A stretch of 64,000 nucleotides of DNA from Octopus sinensis (GCF_006345805.1 NC_043008.1:24614001-24678000); one strand, 5' to 3'. Numbered from the stretch's first letter, positions 14,081 through 26,989 are shown. Program-made: numbers and translations. Notes: a model not told the origin generated them from the sequence alone.

Positions 14081-14455
14081 ATATAATATATATATATATA
14101 TATTTAATTAGAGATTATAGAGACACCAGTGTTTATATGTGCATAAGTATTTTTCACACACACCCGCACCCACGCACTCAGATTAATGAAAACACACACA
14201 TAAAATACCCAGCCCATATTTAGTGTTCTCCACACACATGCATACACACAAACACACACACACGTACACCCCCACCGCACACATATTTCACTATATTTAT
14301 GGAAGCGCTTCTCTCCGAGTGAATGTGTATATTTTGTATATGTATATATGTATATGTATATATATATATACACATATATGTATACATATATATATGTATA
14401 TATATATATATATATATATTTATATAAATATATATATATATATACATATATGTAT

Positions 14456-14512
<57 letters not shown>

Positions 14513-15146
14513 CATATATATACACATACATATATATATATGCGTGTGTGTTTGCTCGTGTGTGCATGCTCGTATATCCACTACTTATCGACTAGGCAGT
14601 AAATAAGAACGAGCGATAGCATTTTGGTTACATTCACTGTAGAACTTAAGAATCAAATTAGAAACCTTACAAAGATTAATTCTATTGTTCAATGAGAAAG
14701 CAACTCAACGTGGCGCCACAAAAACTGATACCATAAGAGAAATTTGAATCATTAAAATCAACCTTAATTTTTCGGAGTTTTCCTTCCTTTTATCTAAGAA
14801 TACTTTTATGATAATATGCATTCATTTCAATTTTTTTTTGTTATTGCGATACTCTTCTAGTGTAGATCATATAACTACTTTTATTGTTCTTCATTCTATA
14901 AAAAGCTGTTTCGATAATACAATTATATTCAAGATATCCATGTTTATTTCACCATTTTATTTTCCGACTCCCCGACACAATCACGGGCACAGGAATTAAA
15001 TGCATGCGTACTTCAACCCAGAGATACACACACACACACACTGATATAATACATTTATACAAACACCCAAACACACAGACTCGCACATATGTAGGCAAAC
15101 TTACTGTCTCTTTCACTGGTTTCAGCCAGAGACTGAGGAGTCCATG

Positions 15147-15274
<128 letters not shown>

Positions 15275-15403
15275 ATAATATATATATATATATACATATA
15301 TATAAGTTCAGCAAAATTTAGATTCAGATGAATATGGTACTTAAGTTAAAGGCACCAGAATTTGGTATGGTATTATCCATATAAATCAGATGGGATGATT
15401 ATA

Positions 15404-16607
15404 ATCAAAATAAGCAACAAGGGTATCCAAGGTAGTTTAGTACAATCTTTTCATGCTACTTCATTTAATTAAACAATGTAATTATCACATCAGTTTTAAA
15501 ATGTAGAGCACTCTTCAGCCACATATAGACTATTTCAATTAAATAGACAATGTTCATTTTTATACTTATTCCATTTGCCAACATTACAAAGAGGGTGGAT
15601 ATATAGACAGAGAGGTTAATTTCATCATTAAGAACATGGTAGTAGAAGGTCCTTCTCCATGGGCTGAATTTTTATCAGTGAGTTCACTTTGTTATTTAGA
15701 TTTATCAATTTCTGATCTGACATTATTTTGAAGTAGAATATTCTCCTCTTGAGATACCCTAAACAGTCGGTCATGTGCTGCGGAAACAGAATCATGTCTA
15801 CGTGTATATTCAGGCATCTGTTTCAGTCGCTTTGCCCTAGTTTCATCTGATTAAGTTGCCCGTCTTTCTCTCTGCCATTGTGCCTTTGCTGTGAAATTTT
15901 AATTTTATTTAGTTCAGTGGAGACAGACAAGAATTTTTTTCTATTTATAGATAGAGGAAGGGGTAGTACAAATATCAGAGCCATAAATCCAACCCTGTTA
16001 TGAGGAATTTAACTTTGAATGTATTTTAGCTAAAGTTAGAAGGCTGAAGCTAGTGGGTAGGGAGAATAGAGACTTCTAATGCTCTAGAGATTTCTAATGT
16101 TCTTAACCATTTAACAGCCATAATTCTGCTTGTCATTTTAAATAAATATCCTTTAGATGGTTTTTTTCCAAAGGATTCTAATAAATTTTAGTATCTTATA
16201 TATAGGGAAGGGGAATATAGAGATCATTTCATATTTATATATATATATATATATCAGATTTTTATTAAAATAGATTTATAGTTACTAAATAGTGATTTAT
16301 TTTTTATTAATGAGTTAAATTAAAGGAATACGCTAGACGTATTCTAGCCCATGGAGAAGGACCTTCTACTACCATGTTCTTAATGATGAAATTAACCTCA
16401 CTGTCTATATATCTACCCTCTTTGTAATGTTGGCAACTGGAATAAGTATAAAAATGAACATTGTCTATTTAATTGAAAAATTCTATATGTGGCTGAAGAG
16501 TGCTCTATATTTTAAAACAAATGTAATACTTACATTGTTTGATTAAATGAAGTAGTATGAAAGAATTGTTCTACACTCCCTTGGATATCCTTGTTGCTTA
16601 TTTTGAT
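15404..16607. repeat. Inverted repeat with ~265-bp arms (15404-15669 and 16341-16607) and a ~670-bp spacer
   Basis: Arm 1 atcaaaataagcaacaagggtatccaagg...gaaggtccttctccatgggct is the reverse complement of arm 2 agcccatggagaaggaccttc...ccttggatatccttgttgcttattttgat, with scattered mismatches. Confidence 0.92.
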
Positions 16608-16636
16608 ATATATATGTGTATGTGTGTGTATGTATG

Positions 16637-16670
<34 letters not shown>

Positions 16671-16686
16671 TATATGTATATACATA

Positions 16687-17975
16687 TGACCAAAGAATTT
16701 TTATCTTTAGATATAAGTGATGTACTCAAGTGTAGTTATGTTTTTAGCTTGTGCTTTTTCCATGATCATACGTGAGTATTTTATTTATATCCCATCGAAA
16801 GTTACTGAAGAAGGAGAATATATCTTTTTTATAAGATTAAGTCCGAATTGATTCAATATAGAGATAACGAAATTTAAATTTTCTACTAAAGGTTAGTTGC
16901 CCGTTTTCAGTTTCAATTTTCCTGTAACAGCGGATTATAAGTGGATAAAACAGTGTATTTGGCTTTAGAATAACCCTCTTTAGCCCTTAATTATAGATGT
17001 ATATTGCAACCGTACGGTTTTTTTAAATATACTGCCCACGCTTCCTGATGAATTCCTTTGCTGTGGAGTAAGGGATTCATCTATATTGTTGTAGTAAATC
17101 GATGCTTGCTACAGGAGGACTGGTAACCATTACAATTTGTAGCGGCGAAAGGTCTGGACGTTGTTTTTTGAGGCTGACAAAGAATTTTTATCTTTAGATA
17201 TAAGTGATGTACGAACCAAGTGTAGTTATGTTTTTAGCTTGTGCTTTTTCCATGATCATACGTGAGTATTTTATTTATATCCCATCGAAAGTTCTACTGA
17301 AGAAGGAATATATCTTTTTTTATAAGATTAAGTCCGAAATTGATTCAATATAGAGATAACGAAATTTAAATTTTCTAAAGGTTAGTTGCCCGTTTTCAGT
17401 TTCAATTTTCCTGTAACAAGCGGATTATAGTGGATAAAACAGTGTATTTGGCTTTAGAATAACCCTCTTTAGCCCTTAATTATATGATGTATATTGCAAC
17501 CGAACGGTTTTTTTAAATATACTGCCCACGCTTCCTGATGAATTCCTTTGCTGTGGAGAGTAAGGGACTTCATCCTATATTGCTTAGTAGTAAACTCGAT
17601 GCTTGCTACAGGAGGACTGGTAACCATTACAATTGTAGCGGCGAAAGGTCTGGACGTTGTTTTCTGAGGCTGACCAAAGAATTTTTATCTTTAGATATAA
17701 GTGATGTACTCAAGTGTAGTTATGTTTTTAACTTGTGCTTTTTCCATGATCATACGTGAGTATTTTATTTATATCCATCGAAGTTCTACTGAAGAAGGAA
17801 TATATCTTTTTTTTAAGATTAAGTCCGAAATGGATTCAATATAGAGATAACGAAATTAAATTTTCTAAAGGTTAGTTGCCCGTTTTCAGTTTCAATTTTC
17901 CTGTAACAAGCGGATTATAAGTGGATAAAACAGTGTATTTGGCTTTAGAATAACCCTCTTTAGCCTTAATTATAT
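16687..17975 (+). repeat. Tandem array of a ~492-bp unit (about 2.6 copies), each unit carrying a hammerhead motif
   Basis: Units start at about 16687, 17175 and 17671 (tgac(c)aaagaatttttatc). CTGAAGA cores lie at 16805, 17297 and 17789, exactly 492 bp apart. Confidence 0.95.
17292..17355 (+). ncRNA. Type I hammerhead ribozyme (array unit 2, intact core)
   Basis: Stem I TTCTA/TAGAG; core CTGAAGA 17297-17303 plus one extra A; stem II GGA...TCC with inner ATCTT/AAGAT; GAAA 17336-39; palindromic stem III ATTGA-T-TCAAT; AUA triplet with predicted cleavage at 17350/17351. Confidence 0.8.
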
Positions 17976-19140
17976 GATATATATATATAATATATATATA
18001 TCTATATATATATATATATATATACAATACATAGACGCAGACATACATACATATAAGCATACATACATATCCATGCACATAGTTACATATATGTGTGTGA
18101 AAGCGCATTATGGCTACAGAATGAACCATAAAAAGAAATAGTAATGATATATATATATAATATATATATAATTTTTTTTTTTCTTTTCTTTTTTTTCTTG
18201 TTTCAGCTCAGAGCTGCGGCCATGCTGATGCACCGCCGTTTTGTGCTACACTGTTATTACGACGAACATCGTCTAATATGTGGCACTTGGTGAAGAATGG
18301 AGTTTGATATAGCTACTCTCGTTTGCACCTCTTGCCGTGAGGTAGGTTCATCAGGGACTCTCGACAGGAAGATGTCCAGCTTTGATTTAAAAACCGCTAC
18401 ATCTACTTTGTGCAAGTTCCTCAGACTATTTGGGAAAATATTAAAAGCTGTGGGCCCTTGAAACCCAGGCTGTTGCAGAAGCTGGTCCTGAAGCGTGATG
18501 GCATTGCTGGGATCTTTGGCATCTGCTCTACTTCCCCCTTTATGTATTGGGCATATTATTCCTTTCTTCAGCTTGCTTGGCAGTTTGCCATTCGCAAGAA
18601 AGCTCTGGAAGAGAATCTTGAGGGGTTTTGCCAGGGCATGCTTACACGCTTTGAGGAGGATTGCTGGGAAACCATCTGGACCAGCAGCTGAGTTTGTGTC
18701 CACTTCATCTATGGCTAGTAGGACATCTTTTTCGCTAATGTCAATACATTCTATTGTAACCGCCTCGCTGGTTATAGGTGAGGCGGCAAAGAAGTCCACT
18801 GGTTCGTTCACTTGTCTGTGTTCCAACGGGGTGATAAAGACACTTTTGAACTGGCCATTCAGCATCTTACTGATCTTAGTTGGACTGTCTGTGAGGGAGC
18901 CATCCTTTTGGAGGAGGGGTCCTATCTTGTAGTGCACTGAGACTGTTTCTTTCGCGTAATGAAAGAAGGCCTTTGGGTTTGAATTAATGTTTTTTATAAC
19001 CCAGGCTTCTTTGTCTGCTTTCTCCTTCACATAGGATTGTTGCAGCCTTTTTTCGATCTCCATCAGTGTTGTTTTTAGGCAGGACGTTTCGCTACTTTTG
19101 GGATGTTGGTTGAGACGATTTACAACCTTCGTCCGTCGTC

Positions 19141-20061
19141 TCATGAGGATCTTCCTGTCTCTTGGAATCTTGCTCCTATTTGTTGTGGCCTTGTGCTCTG
19201 GGACATATTTCTGGCATACGGTTTGCACAGAAGACATTCCGGACAGTCCTCTCTGAGGATCTCTTTTTGGATCGATTTCCAATCTGCGTTGTGGAAGTTC
19301 AGATTGGAGAGATTTCGGGTGCTTCCTTTAGGCTGTATGTCTCTGGTTACTTTTGGCCCAAACATAGACAGCTCTATTATGTTGTGATCCGAAACTGATG
19401 TCGGTGTCACTTTCACATCATGAATGATGTCCATACTGTTCGTGAAGCAGAGATCCAGAATGTTATTCGTCCTAGTTGGCATAAGTACAACTTGCTCCAT
19501 GAATAAGGCATTGGTGAGGTTGAGCAGGGACTCCACCTGTACTTGCTTGCAATGATTCATTCCTGAGAGTATGTGACCTTCGGGCCATTTGAAGTTGGGG
19601 AAGTTGAAATCACCCATAAGAAATATGGTCACGTGGTGTTCCAGATTCATGAGGATTTCTTTAATTCTTGTGAGGCAAACTTCAAACTTGCCTATGTGAT
19701 TTGGGGCATCTGGTGGGCAATATGTAGTGCATATGACTATATTATGTTGTCTTATGTATACAATTAAAGTGTCACATACCGAATTTGAGTATGTCATTAA
19801 GACCTGGGCTGTGAGGTCATCTCGGATGTATACAGCAACTCCACCATGGCTCATTTCCCTTCTGTCTGTTCGCAGTGTGGAATAGTTTGGTATGTGTACT
19901 TCTGCGTCCTCTATATCAGGGTTGAGGTGAGTTTCCACAAGTGCTATGCATGCAGTAAGATCTCTCAGGAAAGAAATTTTGTTTATATTTTGATGCAACA
20001 GGCTCCCAATATTTAGTAAAAGTATTGGGGTGACGGCTGTGCAGGCGTTAGGGGAGGCCAT
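19141..20061 (-). pseudogene. LINE apurinic-like endonuclease (ORF2 N-terminus), 306-aa open frame
   Basis: Exo/endo/phosphatase motifs as listed for copy 1. The start overlaps the end of ORF1 by 49 bp. Confidence 0.85.
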
Positions 20062-20999
20062 CCCGTGTCTGTTGACTGTGGTGGTCTTGCATAGTGTTGG
20101 GCAGGGTTCCTTCTCTGTGCTTGGTGTAGCCTGTTTAGCTGCCGGACAAATCTTTCATGCCATGCATAAAAAAGACTCTTGCTCAGCTGCTGCGTTGCGC
20201 AGAACATCTGGGGAGCACACTTCATTTTTGGAAGTTTTCCTGGGAGACATTTCTTGTGTTCCCTCGGTAAAGTTTTTCTCTTTGAGTCCCCTGAAGTTCT
20301 GGCGGGGTGTCGGGTGGGCAAACGGCAGTTTTTGCCGTCCTCACCATGCCAACATTTGCCCCGCAGGTAGAACTTACACGTTCTTCGGTGCCTTCCAGAT
20401 TTCTTCTTTCCCGAAGTGTACTGGGTGGCATTGGATCCTCCATGGGGTTCTCTGCTGTTTGTGTGGTTGGTTGGGGTTTTAGCTTTGGTTGTTTTGCCTT
20501 TTCCTCCTCTTCCCTCCTTATTTTTGTTTTCGGTCCTTCCTTTTTTCTTCTGGTTTTCTAATTTTTCATTTCTTCGTAGGACCACTGGTACAGGGGGCTT
20601 CCGGTTTCTGCTCCCTTGGCTCCCCTATCCTTCACTACCTGGTCGTTCACCATGGTGGGTGATCCATCTTCCTGAGTAACCCCTGGATCACAGAGACTTC
20701 CGGCTTCCTTCTCTTTTTCGTCCTCTTCATCCTCATCAGCTTTGCCACAATAATTTTCGATTATGTTGTCCAATGTTTTGATGCGTGGTCTTATAAGCAT
20801 GTAAGACCGGATAAACTCAATTTTCTTCCGCTCTATCTGGTCAATGGTTCTATGAAATACATTGTTTTTTAGCGCGGCAGTGATGATGTTGTTCGGCGGA
20901 TCACCACTAGCAATCTCCATGCTCTCAGCAGAAGATTTAACTCTTTCTTTTCCCACTTTAGTGCCATCTTCGTTTTGAGGTCCAGAGGGGGAGTAGAAG

Positions 21000-21600
21000 C
21001 TAGATAGGTAATGAGGGATAGAGAGAGGTAGAGACGGAGAAACACAGAGGGGGGAAATAGGGAAAGAGAGAGGGAGATGGGAAGGAAAGAGAGAGGTGCT
21101 ATGAAAGAAATCGAGAGGATGATAGGAGGAAAGCAAGGGGGTGTGATGTGTTAAAAAGATAGAGGAAGGTAGGGGAGGGGGAGAGGAGGGGAATAAAAGG
21201 AGAGACAGAGTGAAGGAGAAGAGGGGAAGAGAAAGAGAAACAGAGGGGAGGAGAGGATAGCAAGAGAAAGAGAGACAGAGTGTAGGAGAGACAGGATGAA
21301 GGATGTGAGAGAGAGGGAGAGACGGAGTGAGAAGAATGAGCGAATGAGAAGTATATGAGAGAGAGGGTGAGGTGACGAGAGGAGAGGTAGATGTGAGATG
21401 GAAAGGAAAGAGAAATGAGAGAAGGGAAGGATATGAAAGGGAGGAGAGGCGATGAGAAAAAGAGTAAGATATGCAAGAGAGAGGGAAAAGGCAAGCGTAA
21501 AGAGAGATAAAGGAAGGGAGAAAGGAGCTTGAAGTGGGAGAATATATGTTAGGGAGGAGAGAGGAGGTAGAAGAAAGTGAGAAAATGAAGGAATTATTTA
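21000..21600. repeat. GA-rich low-complexity tract (CT-rich 5' UTR of LINE copy 1)
   Basis: Direct inspection. An equivalent CT-rich tract lies at 58620-59260 in copy 2. Confidence 0.85.
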
Positions 21601-22089
21601 ATTCTAAACTAATTACAGGAAAATAAACATATCAAAGCGAAACAGAAATTGAAAGAAAGTTATTCTCAGAATGTAAACAAAGATGACGTCGTAAATCGTA
21701 ACTGAGATGTTAGCTTATATTAAAGGAAAATAAGCGATACTTATCTTGAAAGGTACAGTCCAAACCCTCGTGCTTGTACGAAGAAGTTTTCTTTCACAAC
21801 AATTCTTTTTCCTTCTTACATTTGGCTGGAGATAAATTAAAGACTTGACACGACGTGCTTTTTCGGCGAACAATCTAGCATGCGTAACTAACTTTACTGT
21901 ATTATATTTGGCTTCAAGCGAAATATATTACGTTTTTAATTAATAAATTTTTAATTAATGTATTTTAGTAGACTTTATGAGTTAACAAGTTCTACGTTTT
22001 GTTACTTTTAGTAGATTATTTCGTCGGTTTATGCAAACCTTTTTGTTTTTTCACAGAGCAAGAGCAAACACGTCTTTCCTCTACGAAAA

Positions 22090-22480
22090 CCTCCCCCTCC
22101 TCATCTAACCCCCCTCTCCCCTCCTCATGTAACCTAGCCCCCGACCCCTACTTCTCTTCAGTCCTTCATCCTTTCACCCCTACTCCTCTTCCCTTCTTCC
22201 ATCTTTCTCCCTCCCTCCTTCTTCCCTCTTCCCCTTCCCTCTTTCTCTCTGCTCCCTCACTCCCCTTCTCTCTCTCCCCCTCTCCCTCTATCCTCCCTCA
22301 TCCTCTCCCCTCCTCTTCTCCTCTCCTTCCTTCTCCCCTTCTCTTCTCTCCCCTACTCTTCTCCTCTCCTTCCTTCTCCTCTTTCCTTCTCCCCTCTTCT
22401 CCCCTTTCTTCCCCCCTCACCATCACCCATCCCCTCTCTTCCCCTCTTCCCTCATCTCCTCTCTCTACACTACACCATAC
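22090..22480. repeat. CT-rich polypyrimidine low-complexity tract
   Basis: Direct inspection. Confidence 0.9.
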
Positions 22481-22753
22481 GACTTTACACATCACATCAT
22501 ATATACATACACACGTCCAGACCTCTTATACGCACTAATACTCTCTCATATACACACACACACTCTTCTCATACACACACACACACACTCGTATGTTGGA
22601 GCGAGGTCATTTAACCCTATTATCTCCCCTAATTTCGCTCTTGCGTCTGACGTTTGATCTTTGACTTCTGGCCGAAATCAGATCGCCATGTTGATTCGCT
22701 AGCCTCTGCACGCATTTTTTTCTCTCCTTCTTTCTGTGTTTTTTCTCTGTGTA

Positions 22754-22791
22754 TCTTTCTGTTGAAGAGCGTAGGCTCGAAACGTTAAAGA
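22754..22791 (+). ncRNA. Minimal type I hammerhead-like motif, A6U variant
   Basis: TCTTT-CTGTTGA-a-GAGcgtaggCTC-GAAA-CG-TT-AAAGA: stem I TCTTT/AAAGA, stem II GAG/CTC, palindromic stem III ACGT. Confidence 0.5.
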
Positions 22792-22989
22792 CTTGTTTTA
22801 TTTATATTTCCTGAGCGCCATACTAATACAATTGTTTGTTTGTATTCCACCTGCCTTCGTCTTTTGTTTATTTCCGTAAACCTGCCTTCGTCTTTTGTCT
22901 ATTTTCATAAAGCTTCCCGTTATATATACATATATATACCTATATAAGTATATGTATATTCATACATAGATATATAGGTATATGTATAC

Positions 22990-23445
<456 letters not shown>

Positions 23446-23526
23446 TATATATATATATATAAGCATATATACGTATATTCATATATGCATATATATCTAT
23501 TTTCTCTCCCTGTTTATTTTTGTGTT

Positions 23527-23564
23527 CCTTTCTGTCGAAGAACGTAGGCTCGAAACGTAAAAGA
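23527..23564 (+). ncRNA. Second copy of the A6U hammerhead-like motif
   Basis: CCTTT-CTGTCGA-a-GAAcgtaggCTC-GAAA-CG-TA-AAAGA. A third, more decayed copy is at 8092-8130. Confidence 0.45.
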
Positions 23565-23668
23565 TTTTCTCCCTTCCCGAGCGTTACACTAATACGTCTG
23601 TTTGTTGTTTGCACATCCGTCGTCGTCTTTCGTTTTTGCAAATTCCCAGTATATAAATATATATATAT

Positions 23669-23712
<44 letters not shown>

Positions 23713-23713
<1 letters not shown>

Positions 23714-25690
23714 TAGCATTGATACCCGGTGTTGCGCGGGATTAAGATGACAGTTTGTATATATATTACGGTTTTCTCGTAGCTACTCGATAGTATTTTC
23801 ATATTTGATTCCCAATTCTAATAATTTTTATATTTTACGTCTAATTATCTCTTTGTATAATAGTGCTCACTTGCTTTGTAAATATTGCTTTCATTATCTT
23901 ATCAGTCATAATCTCTCATTTTAAAAAGTCAATCTTGTATATATTATTCATTAATAATTGAACTTACATAGGTGTGCGTAGATCGATAGATAGATAGACA
24001 CACAGATAGATAGATACATAGAGAGAGAGATAGATGCTCATACACACATAAAATCTCGTGCTGTGAGAACACATGTGAATGACGTTTCCTTACTTTTTCA
24101 AATATACCCAAATTTAACATGATCTAATATAATGATATCATTCATTCGGCATGTAACGTATAATTTATGTCAATTCTATTTGCTGAAACTTGTTAAAAAA
24201 TATATTTTGCCTTAAAGTAGTATCTCCTTGTAGACACAATTGTCAGTAATCATACTGATTCCATTTCTCTCAACCAATATTTTTACATTAGCCTTCTTTC
24301 GAAACAGCTGACTATGTGAGAAGCATTGTGTCAGAAGATATATTCCAATTTGTTCAAAAGTCTGTCCCTGTGCCTTGTGGTGGAATCCCTGATGGTGTAA
24401 CTTTGCTGCTGAAGTCTGTTGGGTTCAGAGTTACCTGAGCTTCTGTATAATTTTAGCTCACCCGGGATCCTGGTCAACAGAAAATCATTCACAAATTGTG
24501 ATTCTTTATTTGTTAGAGTAACGATGGTTCTATTTACAAGCCACACAGGGTTTGTGAAGTTGTTTTTGAGGTCAGCATATACAAAATCACATAGATCTGA
24601 AAAGGTTCCACTATCAAAGTAAGGGTCATGGCGTAATTTGATTTTTACTTCACCTAGGCTTTGTCGAACAGAAATGTTATCATTTTCTATATCAAGAAGG
24701 TAATTAGCAAACTCTCATTCAACAGAATGACATTCTGTAAAAAGTCTTAGATTGGGTGTCAACTCTACTACTTCCATATGAACGCAAAGAAAAGATCTCT
24801 TTACTGTTGCATCAACAATTTCTGATCTGACATTATTTTGAAGTAGAATATTCTCCTCTTGAGATACCCTAAACAGTCGGTCATGTGCTGCGGAAACAGA
24901 ATCATGTCTACGTGTATATTCAGGCATCTGTTTCAGTCGCTTTGCCCTAGTTTCATCTGATTAAGTTGCCCGTCTTTCTCTCTGCCATTGTGCCTTTGCT
25001 GCGAAATTTTAATTTTCAGTCGCATATTATATAGAAATGAAAGCTCATTAATAACTATCTTGTTAAGCGTGCTAGAAATAGCACCAATCACACGGTTATT
25101 ATTGTAAGGCTTATAGCGTTCCAAGAAGCCATACCAATAAAATCACTGCTTCATTAAAAAAAACAAACAAACAATTATACGGGTATATGAAAGAATTTTC
25201 ATCTTATCAAAAATATTCATTTAACAAACTCCAGAAACTGATAATATTCTGGAAATTGTGCCTCGTATCAAAGTTATACAGCTATTTTGTTTAAACATGA
25301 AATGAAAAAAATCGTATAAGTGAAACCTCGTTAAAAGTATATTGTTTACCATGCTAGAAATAGCAGCGATCACATAGTTATTATTGTAAGGCTTATAAGC
25401 GTTCCAAATAGCCACGCCAACAAAATCATTTCTTCATTTAAAAAGATTATACCGGTATGTTAAAGAATATTCATTTTATCAAAGATATTCATTTAACAAT
25501 CTCCGGAAACTGATAATATTCTGGTAATTGTGCCTCGTATCAAAGTTATACAGCTATTTTGTGTAATAGCATGCATTCATTCAACAGATTAAAAAAAAAA
25601 TTTTTATCAAAAATATCCATTTAACAAACTCCGGAAAATGATAATATTCTTGAAATTGTGTCTTGTATCAAAGTTATATAGCTACTGTTA
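23713..25690 (-). mobile_element. Internally deleted Helitron (PIF1-helicase remnant, 3' hairpin plus CTAG end, internal tandem repeats)
   Basis: Minus-strand 3' end is cccgcgcaacaccggg..CTAG|T at 23713-23740. Helicase-like peptides RSEIVDATVKRSFLCVHMEVVELTPNLRL and FVYADLKNNFTNPVWLVNRTIVTLTNKESQFVNDFLLTRIPGELKLYRS are present. ~285-bp tandem repeats at about 25069-25690. The 5' boundary is uncertain. Confidence 0.78.
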
Positions 25691-26123
25691 AATTATCATT
25701 AACGAAAATAGAAGCAAGCGTGAATGAGAGACCGTTGCAAAGAAAACTCCGCAGTGAATGCAATGAATATTTAAATTCATGAACAATAGAATGCAGTGAA
25801 TGCAATAGATATTTAAATTTGCGAGAATTTGAAGTTTAAAAAATTCAATCAACTTCAGAAATCGAAACTATAGGCAATTTCTTAGAACATGAATTTATAA
25901 AAATATTTCCAGATGGTGACGCTTTTAATATTGCTTTCTTTTAGTACTTTTAGTAATTGTTGCATACCTAAGTGATAAGCTGCTTTCTGCATTATAGTAT
26001 AGATGTTGAGACATATGATATTGAAGGTGCAACATTGACTACAAAAGATTTATGGTGTAAATGATGCGCTAATTACACTAAGCGACATGTTATGCGCCCG
26101 TTTGGAGGATTCCAGGCCCTAAC

Positions 26124-26342
26124 CTGCAATGGAAAAAATTGGGGATGGTGTGCATGTGATTTTTGAATGCACTGAAAAGCTGTCAGTGGATATACTCTCC
26201 TTTGTGGTGGTCGGCGCTGCTTCTAACTCGACCCATTGTATGGTTGACTGTCGAATGAATGTACGTAGGTGGGTACACTCCGGAAAGGGGCAGCAATGAG
26301 AGACGGCAACGGGGAAGTGTTGACATTGGATTGGTGGTGTGA
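26124..26342 (-). CDS. Candidate 219-bp symmetric (phase 1-1) host exon, Cys-rich then Thr/Ser-rich
   Basis: Polypyrimidine acceptor tttatgtttcttattccacag and donor GCAG|gttagg. Open frame TPPIQCQHFPVAVSHCCPFPECTHLRTF...PIFSIA. Locally GC-richer unique sequence. No recognised homologue. Confidence 0.3.
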
Positions 26343-26907
26343 CTGTGGAATAAGAAACATAAACTGAGCCAATGCAGTCACATGACAATATGTAGTAATC
26401 AGTTACTTAAAAAATAAGGCGTAATGGCTTACCGAGTAGTTCGTGAGAGTAGTTGGAGAATATGCTCTGATATTGAAATCTATGAAGGAAACTGCTTTTT
26501 AGATGAGGTTTTCGGGTTTGTTGATATTATGCCGAAATTGTATCCATCTTCATCATTCACAAAGCCCAATGAATACTGGAGTGCATCGTAGGATGTAGTA
26601 ATTGCTACAAAATGTCTTGGTAAACAATATTCTTTCTTTTCCCTTCTAGAACAAAGGCAAATAGTGTTTTTTTTTTGCTTCCCACTGTAGAGCAGCCAAT
26701 ATTTAATCGCATTTATGTTTGACTCCATTCAATATTGTATATGATTTTTTTATATTTGATAGCATGAACTATCTTTTTTATATATAATTTTTTTTTTTTT
26801 TTTTGATAAAGTTCGTCATTTCAAGAACCGAAACATGTTAAATAAATAATGTATATATAAAAATTAAAATTTGTCTAATATAGCAGCATTTTCAAACTTC
26901 ATTTTTT

Positions 26908-26989
<82 letters not shown>

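Larger units (their letters stand above)
18190..22085 (-). mobile_element. CR1-like LINE copy 1: 5' UTR, ORF1 (CCCH finger), APE endonuclease and 3' tail, with the RT domain deleted
   Basis: ORF1 has CKFYLRGKCWHGEDGKNC. The EN has LVETHL, GGVAVY, MGDFNFP, NNILDLCF and SDHNII. ORF2 jumps from KGGSRADAK directly to the C-terminal SLRNLHKVDVAVFKSKLDIFLSRVPDEP. The 5' UTR aligns with 56750-58500. Confidence 0.88.

Noticed and set aside
17045-17160. Second CTGATGA...GAAA in each array unit, a possible second hammerhead
   Set aside because: A hairpin follows CTGATGA, but no stem I or stem III pairing could be formed around GAAAGGTC.
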